From sequence record MN850564.1: a stretch of DNA of 64,000 nucleotides; one strand, given 5' to 3'. This DNA comes from Escherichia phage humlepung. The translations under genes were made by a program, and so were the position numbers. Shown here one piece after another: positions 15,208 to 24,553 of this stretch (positions are counted from its first letter, which is position 1; every line of letters starts with the position of its first letter). A model generated the notes under the pieces. It did not search any database. It saw nothing but the letters and a program-made list of their open reading frames with translations, and had not been told where the DNA came from.

Positions 15208-15300
15208 GGAAGATTAACCCTAAAAGGTAAGGGAGCAGTTTGCTAAACTGCCAGTAGCTGAGAAATCGGTGTACCAGTTCAAGTCTGGTATCTTCCTCCA
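15208..15300 (+). tRNA. tRNA-Ser (anticodon GCT), type II
   Basis: Perfect acceptor ggaagat/atcttcc, stem gcagt/actgc, loop ttGCTaa, long variable arm, CCA. Confidence 0.7.
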
Positions 15301-15304
15301 ATTT

Positions 15305-15380
15305 GAATCCGTGACAGAAATGGCTATGTGCCTGTCTGCAAAACAGGTTTATAAGGGTTCGAGTCCCTTCGGATTCTCCA
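15305..15380 (+). tRNA. tRNA-Cys (anticodon GCA)
   Basis: Perfect acceptor gaatccg/cggattc, stem cctgt/acagg, loop ctGCAaa, T-arm aaggg-TTCGAGT-ccctt, CCA. Confidence 0.75.
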
Positions 15381-15416
15381 AGTTATTTTACTCTCTCTCA
15401 ATTAAAATAATAATAA

Positions 15417-15478
15417 TGCCCTGCTATAAGTATTCTTCCTTTCGCTACCGAAGAGTATTTTTAGACAGGGCTTTTTTA
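15417..15478 (+). terminator. Long imperfect hairpin (gccctg...cagggc) followed by TTTTTT
   Basis: Inverted repeat plus T-run after the tRNA array. Confidence 0.45.
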
Positions 15479-15542
15479 CAGAGTTATACTTTATAGGAAG
15501 ACTTATACAGTATGTCTCTGACGTACATTGTGGTTTCTCCTT

Positions 15543-15566
15543 GACGGTCTCTGTGCCGTCTTTTTT
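15543..15566 (+). terminator. Rho-independent terminator gacggtctctgtgccgtc + TTTTTT
   Basis: 5-bp GC-rich stem, 8-nt loop, T-run. Confidence 0.5.
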
Positions 15567-15602
15567 AAGGAGAAACATGATTAATTATTTGGAGAAAACA
15601 TA

Positions 15603-15803
15603 ATGAGTGAGACCATTTATAAAGAACTTTATGAAGCTAATAAGAAGCTAGAGTTTATGCAGAATACTATCATGGCAATTGCAGATAGATTATCTGTAGC
15701 AACAGGTATAGATATTAAAGAAGCATCTATGGATGCACTTCTTGATGCTGTTGATGCAAAGTTCGAAGTTAAGAAAGAAGAGACTGCGACAGACTCTGAA
15801 TAA
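15603..15803 (+). CDS. hypothetical small acidic protein (66 aa) upstream of terminase
   Basis: ATG with GGAG RBS. Confidence 0.4.
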   Translation: MSETIYKELYEANKKLEFMQNTIMAIADRLSVATGIDIKEASMDALLDAVDAKFEVKKEETATDSE

Positions 15804-15824
15804 TTCTATTTGCGGAGGCGCTTA

Positions 15825-17426
15825 ATGGACTTAAATGCTGTTAAGCAGAAGCGAGTGGAAGATGTTAGGAAAGTCCTAGCTGGAGAGTTGGGGCTTTCTG
15901 ATGAAGTAAAAGAAATTATCAAATCATTCGGTAAAGACCCCTCTAAATTCCTTCCAACTCAAATTCTGACTTTATTAAGATACACACCAGACCAAGTTAG
16001 GCTTATCTTCAAATTGATGACTGATAAGAACTATGTAGCCCCTCAGCCGGGTTCTCAAGAGGTCTTTTTAAACACTAATGCTGACTTGGTTCTTTATGGT
16101 GGTGCTGCTGGTGCTGGTAAAACTGCTGCATTGTTAATGGACTCTTTAAGATTTATTGAAGACCCTAACTATAATGCTGTATATTTCCGTCGAAATACAA
16201 CACAGTTACAAGGTGGTTTATGGCCTGCTGCAAAGAAACTATTTGGTAAGTTTGGTGGGATTCCCCATGAGCAGAAAATGACTATCACATTCCCTTCTGG
16301 GGCGACTATCAAGTTTACCTATCTAGAACTTGAAAAGCACGCTGAAGGCCATCAGGGTATTGAATACTCAGCTATTTACTTTGACGAAGGTACACACTTC
16401 TCTGCTTCACAGATTTCATACCTACAAACCCGTCTACGTTCTGGTGCTGAAGGTGATTCATACATGAAGATTTCCATGAACCCAGATAGAGACCACTTTA
16501 TTTACGATTGGGTAGAACCATTCTTAGATGAAGAAGGTTACCCAGACCCTGAAAAGTGTGGTCGTATTCGTTGGTATGTAATGAATGATGGTGTGATGGT
16601 TTCTGATTGGGAGAGAGACAAGATTCTTGAAATGTTCCCTCTTGAGATTCCTCAAACATATACATTCATCTCTGGTACGATTGATGATAACCCAATTCTT
16701 GACTTCTTAGAACCAAAATACCGTGGTAAGTTGGAAAACAACACCCCTGTAAACGTTGCAAGACTTCGTTTCGGTAACTGGAAGGCTCGTGCAGAAGGTT
16801 CAAACTATTGGCAAAGACAATGGTGTGAAATTGTTGATTCACTCCCAGAAGATGTATTTGATGTTAGAGCATGGGACTTAGCAGCAACTTTACCATCGGA
16901 GATTAACCCTAATCCAGACTGGACAGCAGGTGTTAAGATGGGTAAATCTAAAAAAGACGGTTGCTATTATATCATTGATGTAGTAAGATTTAGAGATAGA
17001 CCCTCTGGAGTCGAAACACAAATTAATTTGACTGCTGAAAGTGACGGTAAGCGAACTGGTATTTTTATCCCTCAAGACCCAGGCGCTGCTGGTAAATCCT
17101 ACGCAACATCCCTCATCAGGAAACTTGCCGAGAAAGGTTATCGAGCAAGAGCCAAACCAACAAATAAAGATAAAGTTACCCGCTTTGCGGGATTTTCTGC
17201 TGCTTCTGAAGCTGGACTTGTAAAAGTCTTGAGAGGTAGTTGGAATGAAGCTTACTTTCAAGAGCTTGAAGGCTTTTGTGGTGATGGCAAAACTAAAGAT
17301 GACCAAGTGGATGCTACCAGTGATGCTTTCAACAGTCTTAACGAAGTTAAATTATTCAAGCCACCATCAATGGGTGCTCACACAGATTTAGTGAGAGGAA
17401 ACCCATATGAGGGGCTTAGACGTTGA
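15825..17426 (+). CDS. terL: terminase large subunit
   Basis: Walker A LYGGAAGAGKT; start moved to ATG 15825 with GGAGG RBS (track start 15810 is TTG). Confidence 0.85.
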   Translation: MDLNAVKQKRVEDVRKVLAGELGLSDEVKEIIKSFGKDPSKFLPTQILTLLRYTPDQVRLIFKLMTDKNYVAPQPGSQEVFLNTNADLVLYGGAAGAGKTAALLMDSLRFIEDPNYNAVYFRRNTTQLQGGLWPAAKKLFGKFGGIPHEQKMTITFPSGATIKFTYLELEKHAEGHQGIEYSAIYFDEGTHFSASQISYLQTRLRSGAEGDSYMKISMNPDRDHFIYDWVEPFLDEEGYPDPEKCGRIRWYVMNDGVMVSDWERDKILEMFPLEIPQTYTFISGTIDDNPILDFLEPKYRGKLENNTPVNVARLRFGNWKARAEGSNYWQRQWCEIVDSLPEDVFDVRAWDLAATLPSEINPNPDWTAGVKMGKSKKDGCYYIIDVVRFRDRPSGVETQINLTAESDGKRTGIFIPQDPGAAGKSYATSLIRKLAEKGYRARAKPTNKDKVTRFAGFSAASEAGLVKVLRGSWNEAYFQELEGFCGDGKTKDDQVDATSDAFNSLNEVKLFKPPSMGAHTDLVRGNPYEGLRR

Positions 17427-17442
17427 TAGCTAGGTGAGAAGA

Positions 17443-18909
17443 ATGGCAGATATTACAGAAACACAAGAAAGCTTACCACCATTTAGAATGGGTGAAGTAG
17501 GTTCTTTGGGTCTGAAGGTTAAGAATGGAAGAATCTATGAAGAACCTCGTCAGGCACTAAGGTTCCCTGAAAGTATTAAAACTTTCCAATTAATGATGCG
17601 TGACCCTGCTGTAGCAGCATCTGTAAATATTATTAAGATGTTTGTCAGAAAAGTCAACTGGAGATTCGTACCTCCAAAGGGAAAAGAGCAAGACCCTAAA
17701 ATGCTTGAAAGAGCAGACTTCTTTAATTCTTTAATGGATGACATGGAGCATGATTGGGCAGATTTTATTAACTCTGTAATGTCATTCTGCACTTATGGAT
17801 TCTGTGTTAACGAAAAAGTTTATAAGAAGCGTCAGGGTAAAAAAGGAAAGTATCAGTCTAAATTTGATGATGGTCTAATTGGATGGGCTAAATTACCAAT
17901 TAGAAATCAATCAACACTTGATAAGTGGTATTTTGACGAAGACTTTAGAAAAGTTACTGGTGTTAGACAGAATCTGAGAAATGTTTCACATATTGCTGGA
18001 GCAATTAATCTCGGAGAAAGACCACTGACAAGAAAACTTCCACGAGCTAAATTCATGCTGTTTAAGTATGACGATGAATATGGAAACCCAGAAGGTCGTT
18101 CACCATTACTTAATGCTTATGTACCGTGGAAGTATAAAGTGCAGATTGAAGAGTACGAAGCTGTTGGCGTTTCAAGAGACTTGGTAGGTATGCCGAAGAT
18201 TGGTTTACCACCAGACTATCTGGATGAAAATGCAGAACCTGAAAAGAAAGCTTTCGTACAATACTGCAAAACTGTTGTCAATGACATGATTGCTAATGAC
18301 AGAGCAGGTTTAATCTGGCCTAGATATATTGACCCAGACACTAAAGAGGATATTTTTGAGTTCTCATTAGTTTCTAGACAGGGTGCTAAAGCATACGATA
18401 CAGGTTCTATTATTGACAGATATTCCAAGCAGATTATGATGGCATTTATGTCAGATGTTCTTGCTATGGGTCAGTCAAAATACGGTTCATTCTCTCTTGC
18501 AGATTCTAAGACAAGCTTACTAGCGATGTCAGTAGATATTCTGCTGAAGCAAATTAAGAACGTAATTAACCGTGATTTAGTTGCACAGACTTATGCTCTT
18601 AATATGTGGGATGACGAAGAACATGTACAAATCACATATGATGATATCGAAACTCCAGACCTTGAAGCAATTGGTTCTTATATTCAGAAGACTGTTGCAG
18701 TAGGTGCTTTGGAAGTTGACAAAGAGCTATCTAACAAGCTTAGAGAGCATATTGGTCTTCCTCCTGCTGATGAGTCTCAGCCAGTATCTGAAAAGCTTTC
18801 TCCAAATAGCCAAAGCCGCTCAGGAGATGGTTATAAGACCGCTGGAGAAGGTACTGCAAAGACACCTTCAGCGAAAGACCCAAGCACAGCAAATAAGGCA
18901 AATAAATAA
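17443..18909 (+). CDS. portal protein (putative)
   Basis: ~490 aa directly downstream of terminase; ATG 17443 with RBS. Confidence 0.6.
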   Translation: MADITETQESLPPFRMGEVGSLGLKVKNGRIYEEPRQALRFPESIKTFQLMMRDPAVAASVNIIKMFVRKVNWRFVPPKGKEQDPKMLERADFFNSLMDDMEHDWADFINSVMSFCTYGFCVNEKVYKKRQGKKGKYQSKFDDGLIGWAKLPIRNQSTLDKWYFDEDFRKVTGVRQNLRNVSHIAGAINLGERPLTRKLPRAKFMLFKYDDEYGNPEGRSPLLNAYVPWKYKVQIEEYEAVGVSRDLVGMPKIGLPPDYLDENAEPEKKAFVQYCKTVVNDMIANDRAGLIWPRYIDPDTKEDIFEFSLVSRQGAKAYDTGSIIDRYSKQIMMAFMSDVLAMGQSKYGSFSLADSKTSLLAMSVDILLKQIKNVINRDLVAQTYALNMWDDEEHVQITYDDIETPDLEAIGSYIQKTVAVGALEVDKELSNKLREHIGLPPADESQPVSEKLSPNSQSRSGDGYKTAGEGTAKTPSAKDPSTANKANK

Positions 18910-19409
18910 TGGCTGAAGTTATCTCTATTTCAAATGCTACACGAGTGCATTCGTATAGAGGTGTTCTTATTATCACTGACAAATTATCTGTAGAGGCTGG
19001 CTCAAGGGTTAGCCTTTCAGGTTATGTAAGTGATGGTGGAGCCTCTGACGTTTTCACTATTTGTAGGTTACTTGATGCACCAATGAGTGGAAAACCGTTT
19101 ATTTCAGGAAATTGTAGTGAAATTGTTAAAATTCCATTTGACAGTTCATGCCTTTTGGGTGTAAAGTTATATAACTGCGAGAATAAACGTATCAATGTTA
19201 ATAGCATTGAAGCCGCTTTCATTACCCTCGACACTGCATTTCAATCTCCAATGACAGTTAATAAAGAAACAAACAGACTTGAATACATTTTTTCACAAAA
19301 TGATTACAAAGTACTTGTCAAAGGCAAAGTATATGATATGATTGTAAATGTGGTAGATGAATCTGGTAACCATTCAACAGTCCTTAAACAAAAAGTAAGG
19401 TTTAATTAA
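18909..19409 (+). CDS. hypothetical head-module protein (166 aa)
   Basis: ORF; overlapping stop/start with portal. Confidence 0.45.
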   Translation: MAEVISISNATRVHSYRGVLIITDKLSVEAGSRVSLSGYVSDGGASDVFTICRLLDAPMSGKPFISGNCSEIVKIPFDSSCLLGVKLYNCENKRINVNSIEAAFITLDTAFQSPMTVNKETNRLEYIFSQNDYKVLVKGKVYDMIVNVVDESGNHSTVLKQKVRFN

Positions 19410-19741
19410 TGGGAACATTAACTATTGATGGTAAGAATAAAATCCTCGCCACGCTAACCCCAACGACTATTATTTTACACAATGTAGACCCAACGGCAGA
19501 CCCTACAGCAAATAAGGTTACTCAGCCAGTGGCTATTTATTTTTCTGAACCGGATAATGGCTTAATTGCCTCAGAAGACACAGTTAATATTACTGTTCCA
19601 GCTTCTGCAACGGTCTCACACTATAGCTTGTGGGATGCTAACGATAAATGCGTGGCAACTGGTGCTCTTAGCAAACCTCAATTCTTTGCTGAAGAAGGTA
19701 TCTATGTTATCTCTTCAGTCTCTGTAGATTTAAACAAATAG
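19409..19741 (+). CDS. hypothetical protein (110 aa)
   Basis: ORF coupled to neighbours. Confidence 0.45.
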   Translation: MGTLTIDGKNKILATLTPTTIILHNVDPTADPTANKVTQPVAIYFSEPDNGLIASEDTVNITVPASATVSHYSLWDANDKCVATGALSKPQFFAEEGIYVISSVSVDLNK

Positions 19742-19752
19742 GGTGAGTAAAA

Positions 19753-21099
19753 ATGAGTTCGAATATCTTCAGACTTGCTGATAGATTATTCAACCAACCT
19801 TTACTAGCCACTGAATCATTAGCTCACTCAGCAGCAACTTATGTGAATAACAGATTGCTGGGTGATGTCCAAGCAGCAGTAAACTTTGATAAACCCAAAG
19901 GTGAAGCAAGAAGTCTTTTAAAAGTGAAAGATGACATTGCTATTATCCCTATTATGGGTGGTTTAACCCATCGTATGACATTCATTGATGCAATGTGTAC
20001 AGGTGGATTAAGCTCTTATGAAGGTTTGCGTAGAGGCTTTGACGAAGCTTTAGCAGATGAGTCAATCAAGACTATTGTTCTGCACATCGATTCTGGTGGT
20101 GGTGAAGCTTCAGGTTGCTTTGAATTAGCACGTCACATTATGGCTTCAAGAGGCCAAAAGAAAATTATTGCTTATGTAGATGAGTTCGCTTGTTCCGCTG
20201 CATACGCTCTTGCATCTTCTGCTGAAGAAATTATTGCATCACCAGATGCAGATGTTGGTTCTATTGGTGTAATTATGGTTCATCAGGAATTAACTAAGGC
20301 ATTTGAAAAGAATGGCGTAACAATTAACGTCATCAAAGCTGGTGAGTTTAAAGGGATGGGTTCACCATTCCAAGCACTCTCAGAAGAAAGCAAAGAAAGA
20401 CTTCAAAAGAGAATTAATGATACCTACGCAACCTTTACAGGTTTTGTAGCTGAATCTCGTAATCTCTCTGAAGAAGCTGTAAAGAATACTGAGGCGAATG
20501 TTTATTCTGCTCAGGAAGCTCTTGAACTTGGTTTAATTAACTCAATCATGTCTCAAGATGATTTCTTAAATTACTTACAAGGTTCTGAAGAGGCTCCTGT
20601 AAGTTTAAACGTTAACAATTCAGGTGAAGAAATGACTGAACAAGAAAAGCAAGAACTAGAAGCTTTGCGTCTTCAGGTTGCTCAAATGAAAGCTAAAGAA
20701 CAGGAATCTGCTTTGTCAGATTTGACTAATAAGATTTCTGCTTCTGCTGAAGCTTTTGGATTTGATGCAAAAGAAGCTGCAACGACTATTTTAGGTGCTG
20801 GTCTTGATAACCCTCTGAGTGTTCTGTTTATGAATGCTATGGAAGGTGCTAACCAGAAACTTAATGAAACTATCGCGTCCCATGCTTCTGCAATGGAAGA
20901 AAAAGAATCAGAAATTACCAAGCTGAAAGAAACTGCTGGTGCTGTTCTTGAACATTCTAATGCTATGGAAGAAATGGGTAATGACGGCGAAGCTGATTTG
21001 GTTGAAGAAGAAAAAGAACCAGCTAAGAATGCTTCCGAAGACACCGCTGAACAACGCAAACTGGCTCTCCAGAATGCTCTAAAATCTCTTATCAAATAA
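19753..21099 (+). CDS. prohead protease (S49/ClpP-like) fused to Ala/Glu/Lys-rich scaffold-like C-terminal domain
   Basis: N-terminal region resembles S49 peptidases (lambda C-like); C-terminal half is helical and low-complexity. Confidence 0.7.
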   Translation: MSSNIFRLADRLFNQPLLATESLAHSAATYVNNRLLGDVQAAVNFDKPKGEARSLLKVKDDIAIIPIMGGLTHRMTFIDAMCTGGLSSYEGLRRGFDEALADESIKTIVLHIDSGGGEASGCFELARHIMASRGQKKIIAYVDEFACSAAYALASSAEEIIASPDADVGSIGVIMVHQELTKAFEKNGVTINVIKAGEFKGMGSPFQALSEESKERLQKRINDTYATFTGFVAESRNLSEEAVKNTEANVYSAQEALELGLINSIMSQDDFLNYLQGSEEAPVSLNVNNSGEEMTEQEKQELEALRLQVAQMKAKEQESALSDLTNKISASAEAFGFDAKEAATTILGAGLDNPLSVLFMNAMEGANQKLNETIASHASAMEEKESEITKLKETAGAVLEHSNAMEEMGNDGEADLVEEEKEPAKNASEDTAEQRKLALQNALKSLIK

Positions 21100-21110
21100 G
21101 GAACACAATA

Positions 21111-21488
21111 ATGGCATATCAAGGTTTTACTAAGTTAGGTAACAGAGAACCTCTGAATGATATCATTCTTTGGGAACAGATTACACCAACAGGCCACTCT
21201 CGTAAAGAGTACACTCCAGTTGCTTCAACAGAATACCGCGTAGGTGAAGTTCTGAAAGCAGATGGTACTAAGGTACAAGCTGGAGAAGAAGCCCAAGCAG
21301 ACTCTGTATGTATCGTTAATTTCTACGCAGACCTGCAACTGTCTTATCATGGTCAGTTGAAAGTGGTAGGTATCCACCGTGATGCAGAACTGAAAGACCT
21401 GCTAACTCTTGAATCAAGCGTTGATGCTACTGAAGTCAAGAAAGCTCTGGCTGCTAAAGGTATTGATTTCGTACCAACTGGCCTGTAA
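21111..21488 (+). CDS. putative head decoration or accessory protein (125 aa)
   Basis: Position between protease/scaffold and major capsid gene. Confidence 0.35.
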   Translation: MAYQGFTKLGNREPLNDIILWEQITPTGHSRKEYTPVASTEYRVGEVLKADGTKVQAGEEAQADSVCIVNFYADLQLSYHGQLKVVGIHRDAELKDLLTLESSVDATEVKKALAAKGIDFVPTGL

Positions 21489-21521
21489 TAACAATAATAA
21501 GACATTCTGGAGAATTTTACA

Positions 21522-22628
21522 ATGTTGACTAATTCTGAAAAAAGCAGATTTTTCCTTGCTGACCTGACTGGTGAAGTCCAGTCTATCCCTAATACTTATG
21601 GGTATATTTCCAACTTAGGTCTGTTCCGTTCAGCACCAATCACCCAAACTACTTTCCTTATGGACTTGACTGATTGGGATGTTAGCTTGCTTGATGCGGT
21701 AGACCGTGATAGCCGTAAAGCAGAGACTAGCGCACCTGAGCGTGTTCGTCAAATCAGCTTCCCAATGATGTACTTCAAAGAAGTTGAAAGCATCACTCCT
21801 GATGAAATTCAGGGTGTACGTCAGCCAGGCACTGCAAACGAACTGACTACTGAAGCTGTAGTACGTGCTAAGAAGCTGATGAAGATTCGTACCAAGTTCG
21901 ATATTACTCGTGAGTTCCTGTTTATGCAAGCTCTGAAGGGTAAAGTTGTTGATGCTCGTGGTACTCTGTACGCTGACCTGTACAAGCAGTTCGACGTTGA
22001 GAAGAAGACTGTTTACTTCGACCTTGACAACCCTAATGCTGACATTGACGCTTCTATTGAAGAACTGCGTATGCACATGGAAGACGAAGCTAAGACTGGC
22101 ACTGTAATCAACGGTGAAGAAATTCACGTAGTTGTTGACCGTGTATTCTTCAGCAAACTGGTTAAGCATCCTAAGATTCGTGACGCTTATCTTGCACAGC
22201 AGACCCCACTGGCTTGGCAACAGATTACTGGTTCTCTGAGAACTGGTGGTACTGACGGCGTTCAGGCTCATATGAACACCTTCTACTACGGTGGTGTTAA
22301 GTTTGTCCAGTACAACGGTAAGTTCAAAGACAAGCGTGGTAAGGTTCACACTCTGGTTAGCATTGACAGCGTAGCAGACACTGTTGGTGTTGGTCATGCT
22401 TTCCCTAACGTAGCTATGCTGGGTGAAGCTAACAACATCTTCGAAGTTGCATATGGTCCATGTCCTAAGATGGGTTACGCAAATACACTTGGTCAGGAAC
22501 TGTATGTATTCGAATACGAAAAAGACCGTGACGAAGGTATTGACTTCGAAGCTCACTCTTACATGCTGCCATACTGTACTCGTCCTCAGTTGCTGGTAGA
22601 TGTTCGCGCTGATGCTGAAGACAAATAA
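21522..22628 (+). CDS. major capsid protein (putative)
   Basis: 368 aa, strongly biased codon usage (CTG, CGT, GGT), position after protease/scaffold. Confidence 0.65.
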   Translation: MLTNSEKSRFFLADLTGEVQSIPNTYGYISNLGLFRSAPITQTTFLMDLTDWDVSLLDAVDRDSRKAETSAPERVRQISFPMMYFKEVESITPDEIQGVRQPGTANELTTEAVVRAKKLMKIRTKFDITREFLFMQALKGKVVDARGTLYADLYKQFDVEKKTVYFDLDNPNADIDASIEELRMHMEDEAKTGTVINGEEIHVVVDRVFFSKLVKHPKIRDAYLAQQTPLAWQQITGSLRTGGTDGVQAHMNTFYYGGVKFVQYNGKFKDKRGKVHTLVSIDSVADTVGVGHAFPNVAMLGEANNIFEVAYGPCPKMGYANTLGQELYVFEYEKDRDEGIDFEAHSYMLPYCTRPQLLVDVRADAEDK

Positions 22629-22649
22629 TATTCTTAAGGAGGGTTATGA

Positions 22650-23099
22650 ATGTGTTATACAGGCGACCCAGCCAATAACCCTCTTGATAGAGTAAGAATC
22701 CTCTGCACAGACACCAATAATGATGAAATTCTTATTGAGCAGTCTGTGCTAGAGTGGTTCTATCTAGAATCTGGAAAGGATGAAAAGAAAGCAGCCATCA
22801 AAGCTCTTAAATATTTACTCTTTCAAGTAGCCAAGATGGGAGATGAGAAGGTTGGTGGTGTTTATTTACGTAACTCTTCCAGATTCAAGTCTCTGAAAGC
22901 TGTTTATGACGACCTTGTTAAAAGCTCTGTTTCAGGACTACCCTATGCAGGTGGTATTAATCAGTGTGATATTGACATGCGTCGTCAGAATCCTTGCTCT
23001 GTCAAGAAATACACAGAATATGGTGATGCTGCCAGATACGAAGGCAGAGATTACTGCAACCGTGTTAATGGCGTATTTATTATCGAGCGAGATGAATAA
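22650..23099 (+). CDS. hypothetical head-tail joining protein
   Basis: ATG 22650 with AAGGAGGG RBS. Confidence 0.45.
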   Translation: MCYTGDPANNPLDRVRILCTDTNNDEILIEQSVLEWFYLESGKDEKKAAIKALKYLLFQVAKMGDEKVGGVYLRNSSRFKSLKAVYDDLVKSSVSGLPYAGGINQCDIDMRRQNPCSVKKYTEYGDAARYEGRDYCNRVNGVFIIERDE

Positions 23100-23581
23100 T
23101 GGTTAAAAGGGTTATTCACCCCGCTAGAGCAAAATTAGTCGGGGCTATGAAGAACTTGCAAACGGCTAATGCTCAAGTTGGGTATTTTCAAGAACAAGGT
23201 CAACATAGCTCTGGTTTTTCTTATCCTGCTTTAATGTATTTACAAGAAGTTATTGGGGTTCCTTCAGCTTCTGGTAAAGTATATCGTAGGTTGTTTGAAA
23301 TCACTATGATGCTAAACAAACAGACCTTGTTAGAGCAGACTAAGAAGAATCTATATAAGCAACTTAGCAGTCTCAACACAGACCCTTCAGATACCTTAGA
23401 AGCATTTGCAAAGAATGCTCAAAAGGCAATTAAAAGGGGCTTTGGTAATTCTGCTATCCTCCCTCCTAACGCACCTTCCACAGTCAAGAAAAAAGGCTTT
23501 AACGCACCTCTTGTTGAGACAGGTGACTTAAGAGATAACCTTGCTTATAAAATTTCTACTAAGAAGGGTATTAAGAAATGA
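23099..23581 (+). CDS. hypothetical structural protein (160 aa)
   Basis: ORF with overlapping start/stop. Confidence 0.45.
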   Translation: MVKRVIHPARAKLVGAMKNLQTANAQVGYFQEQGQHSSGFSYPALMYLQEVIGVPSASGKVYRRLFEITMMLNKQTLLEQTKKNLYKQLSSLNTDPSDTLEAFAKNAQKAIKRGFGNSAILPPNAPSTVKKKGFNAPLVETGDLRDNLAYKISTKKGIKK

Positions 23582-23979
23582 GACTCTTAAACAGACACAG
23601 CTTTGTAGTAAAGCGTAAAGTCTCTGAAGACGGTTATTATAATGATGATGGTGATTGGGTAGCTTCACAAGATATTGTAGAGGTTAACTGCAAAGGTAAT
23701 ATCCAACCATATATCAAAGGTTCTGTAAAGAATGGTACACAGATTGCTTTACCGGAAGGTATCAGGCTTACCGATACAAGAATCCTGTATACCACATATA
23801 AACTTAGAACTTCAGATGATGTAGAGTGGAATGAGTCTGATATTGTTATGATTGATGGTCATGAGTATGAAGTATTTATGACTATGGATTGGTCACAGCA
23901 ATTAGCCCATACGTCCCATTATGAATATATCATTATTAGAAGGGATAAAATGAATGCAGTTAGAAACAGCAGAACTTGA
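23578..23979 (+). CDS. hypothetical structural protein (133 aa)
   Basis: ORF. Confidence 0.45.
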   Translation: MRLLNRHSFVVKRKVSEDGYYNDDGDWVASQDIVEVNCKGNIQPYIKGSVKNGTQIALPEGIRLTDTRILYTTYKLRTSDDVEWNESDIVMIDGHEYEVFMTMDWSQQLAHTSHYEYIIIRRDKMNAVRNSRT

Positions 23980-24553
23980 AAAAGGTCTAGTTAGAACCTT
24001 AGTGGATGTTATTGGTCACAGACTAGCTCGTGATAAAAATAATAGGCCAAACGTAATTAGAGCTTACCCTTCTGATAACTCAAATGACAAAGGTTTAAAA
24101 CCTGACCAGCCATTTATCACCGTATATTGTCAAGATGCTGCAACACCTTATGGTTGGGTTCTTGATAAGTTTGTTGAGGATGATGTAGTTTGCTACAGAA
24201 TTGCTTTTCAGATTCCAGTATTAATTACGGTGAATGGTAAAGGTGCTCACAGTATTATGCTTGAGCTTAAACAACGATTAGAGATGAGTTCAGTCAGAGA
24301 TTTAATCCTTGAAGAAACAGGAGCTACAGTACTAGACACTGGAGCTATCCCGAATGACTATACTTATCTCAATACAGATTTCGAAAATTCTGCACCTCTT
24401 GTTGTAACTCTTGTAAAAAACTCAGTCCTGAAGGATGAACGTGGAAGTATTATTGAGCGTGTCATTGTTGATGGTGAGTTGGTTTATGAAGAAGGACAAG
24501 AGCCACCAGAATATACTATCCATCTAGATGTAGACTCCAAAGGGGTAAAATAA
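23954..24553 (+). CDS. hypothetical structural protein (199 aa)
   Basis: ORF. Confidence 0.45.
   Translation: MQLETAELEKGLVRTLVDVIGHRLARDKNNRPNVIRAYPSDNSNDKGLKPDQPFITVYCQDAATPYGWVLDKFVEDDVVCYRIAFQIPVLITVNGKGAHSIMLELKQRLEMSSVRDLILEETGATVLDTGAIPNDYTYLNTDFENSAPLVVTLVKNSVLKDERGSIIERVIVDGELVYEEGQEPPEYTIHLDVDSKGVK

Noticed and set aside
21630-22556. 308-aa minus-strand ORF antisense to the major capsid gene
   Set aside because: Fully nested antisense to a strongly codon-biased gene; low-complexity translation; spurious.
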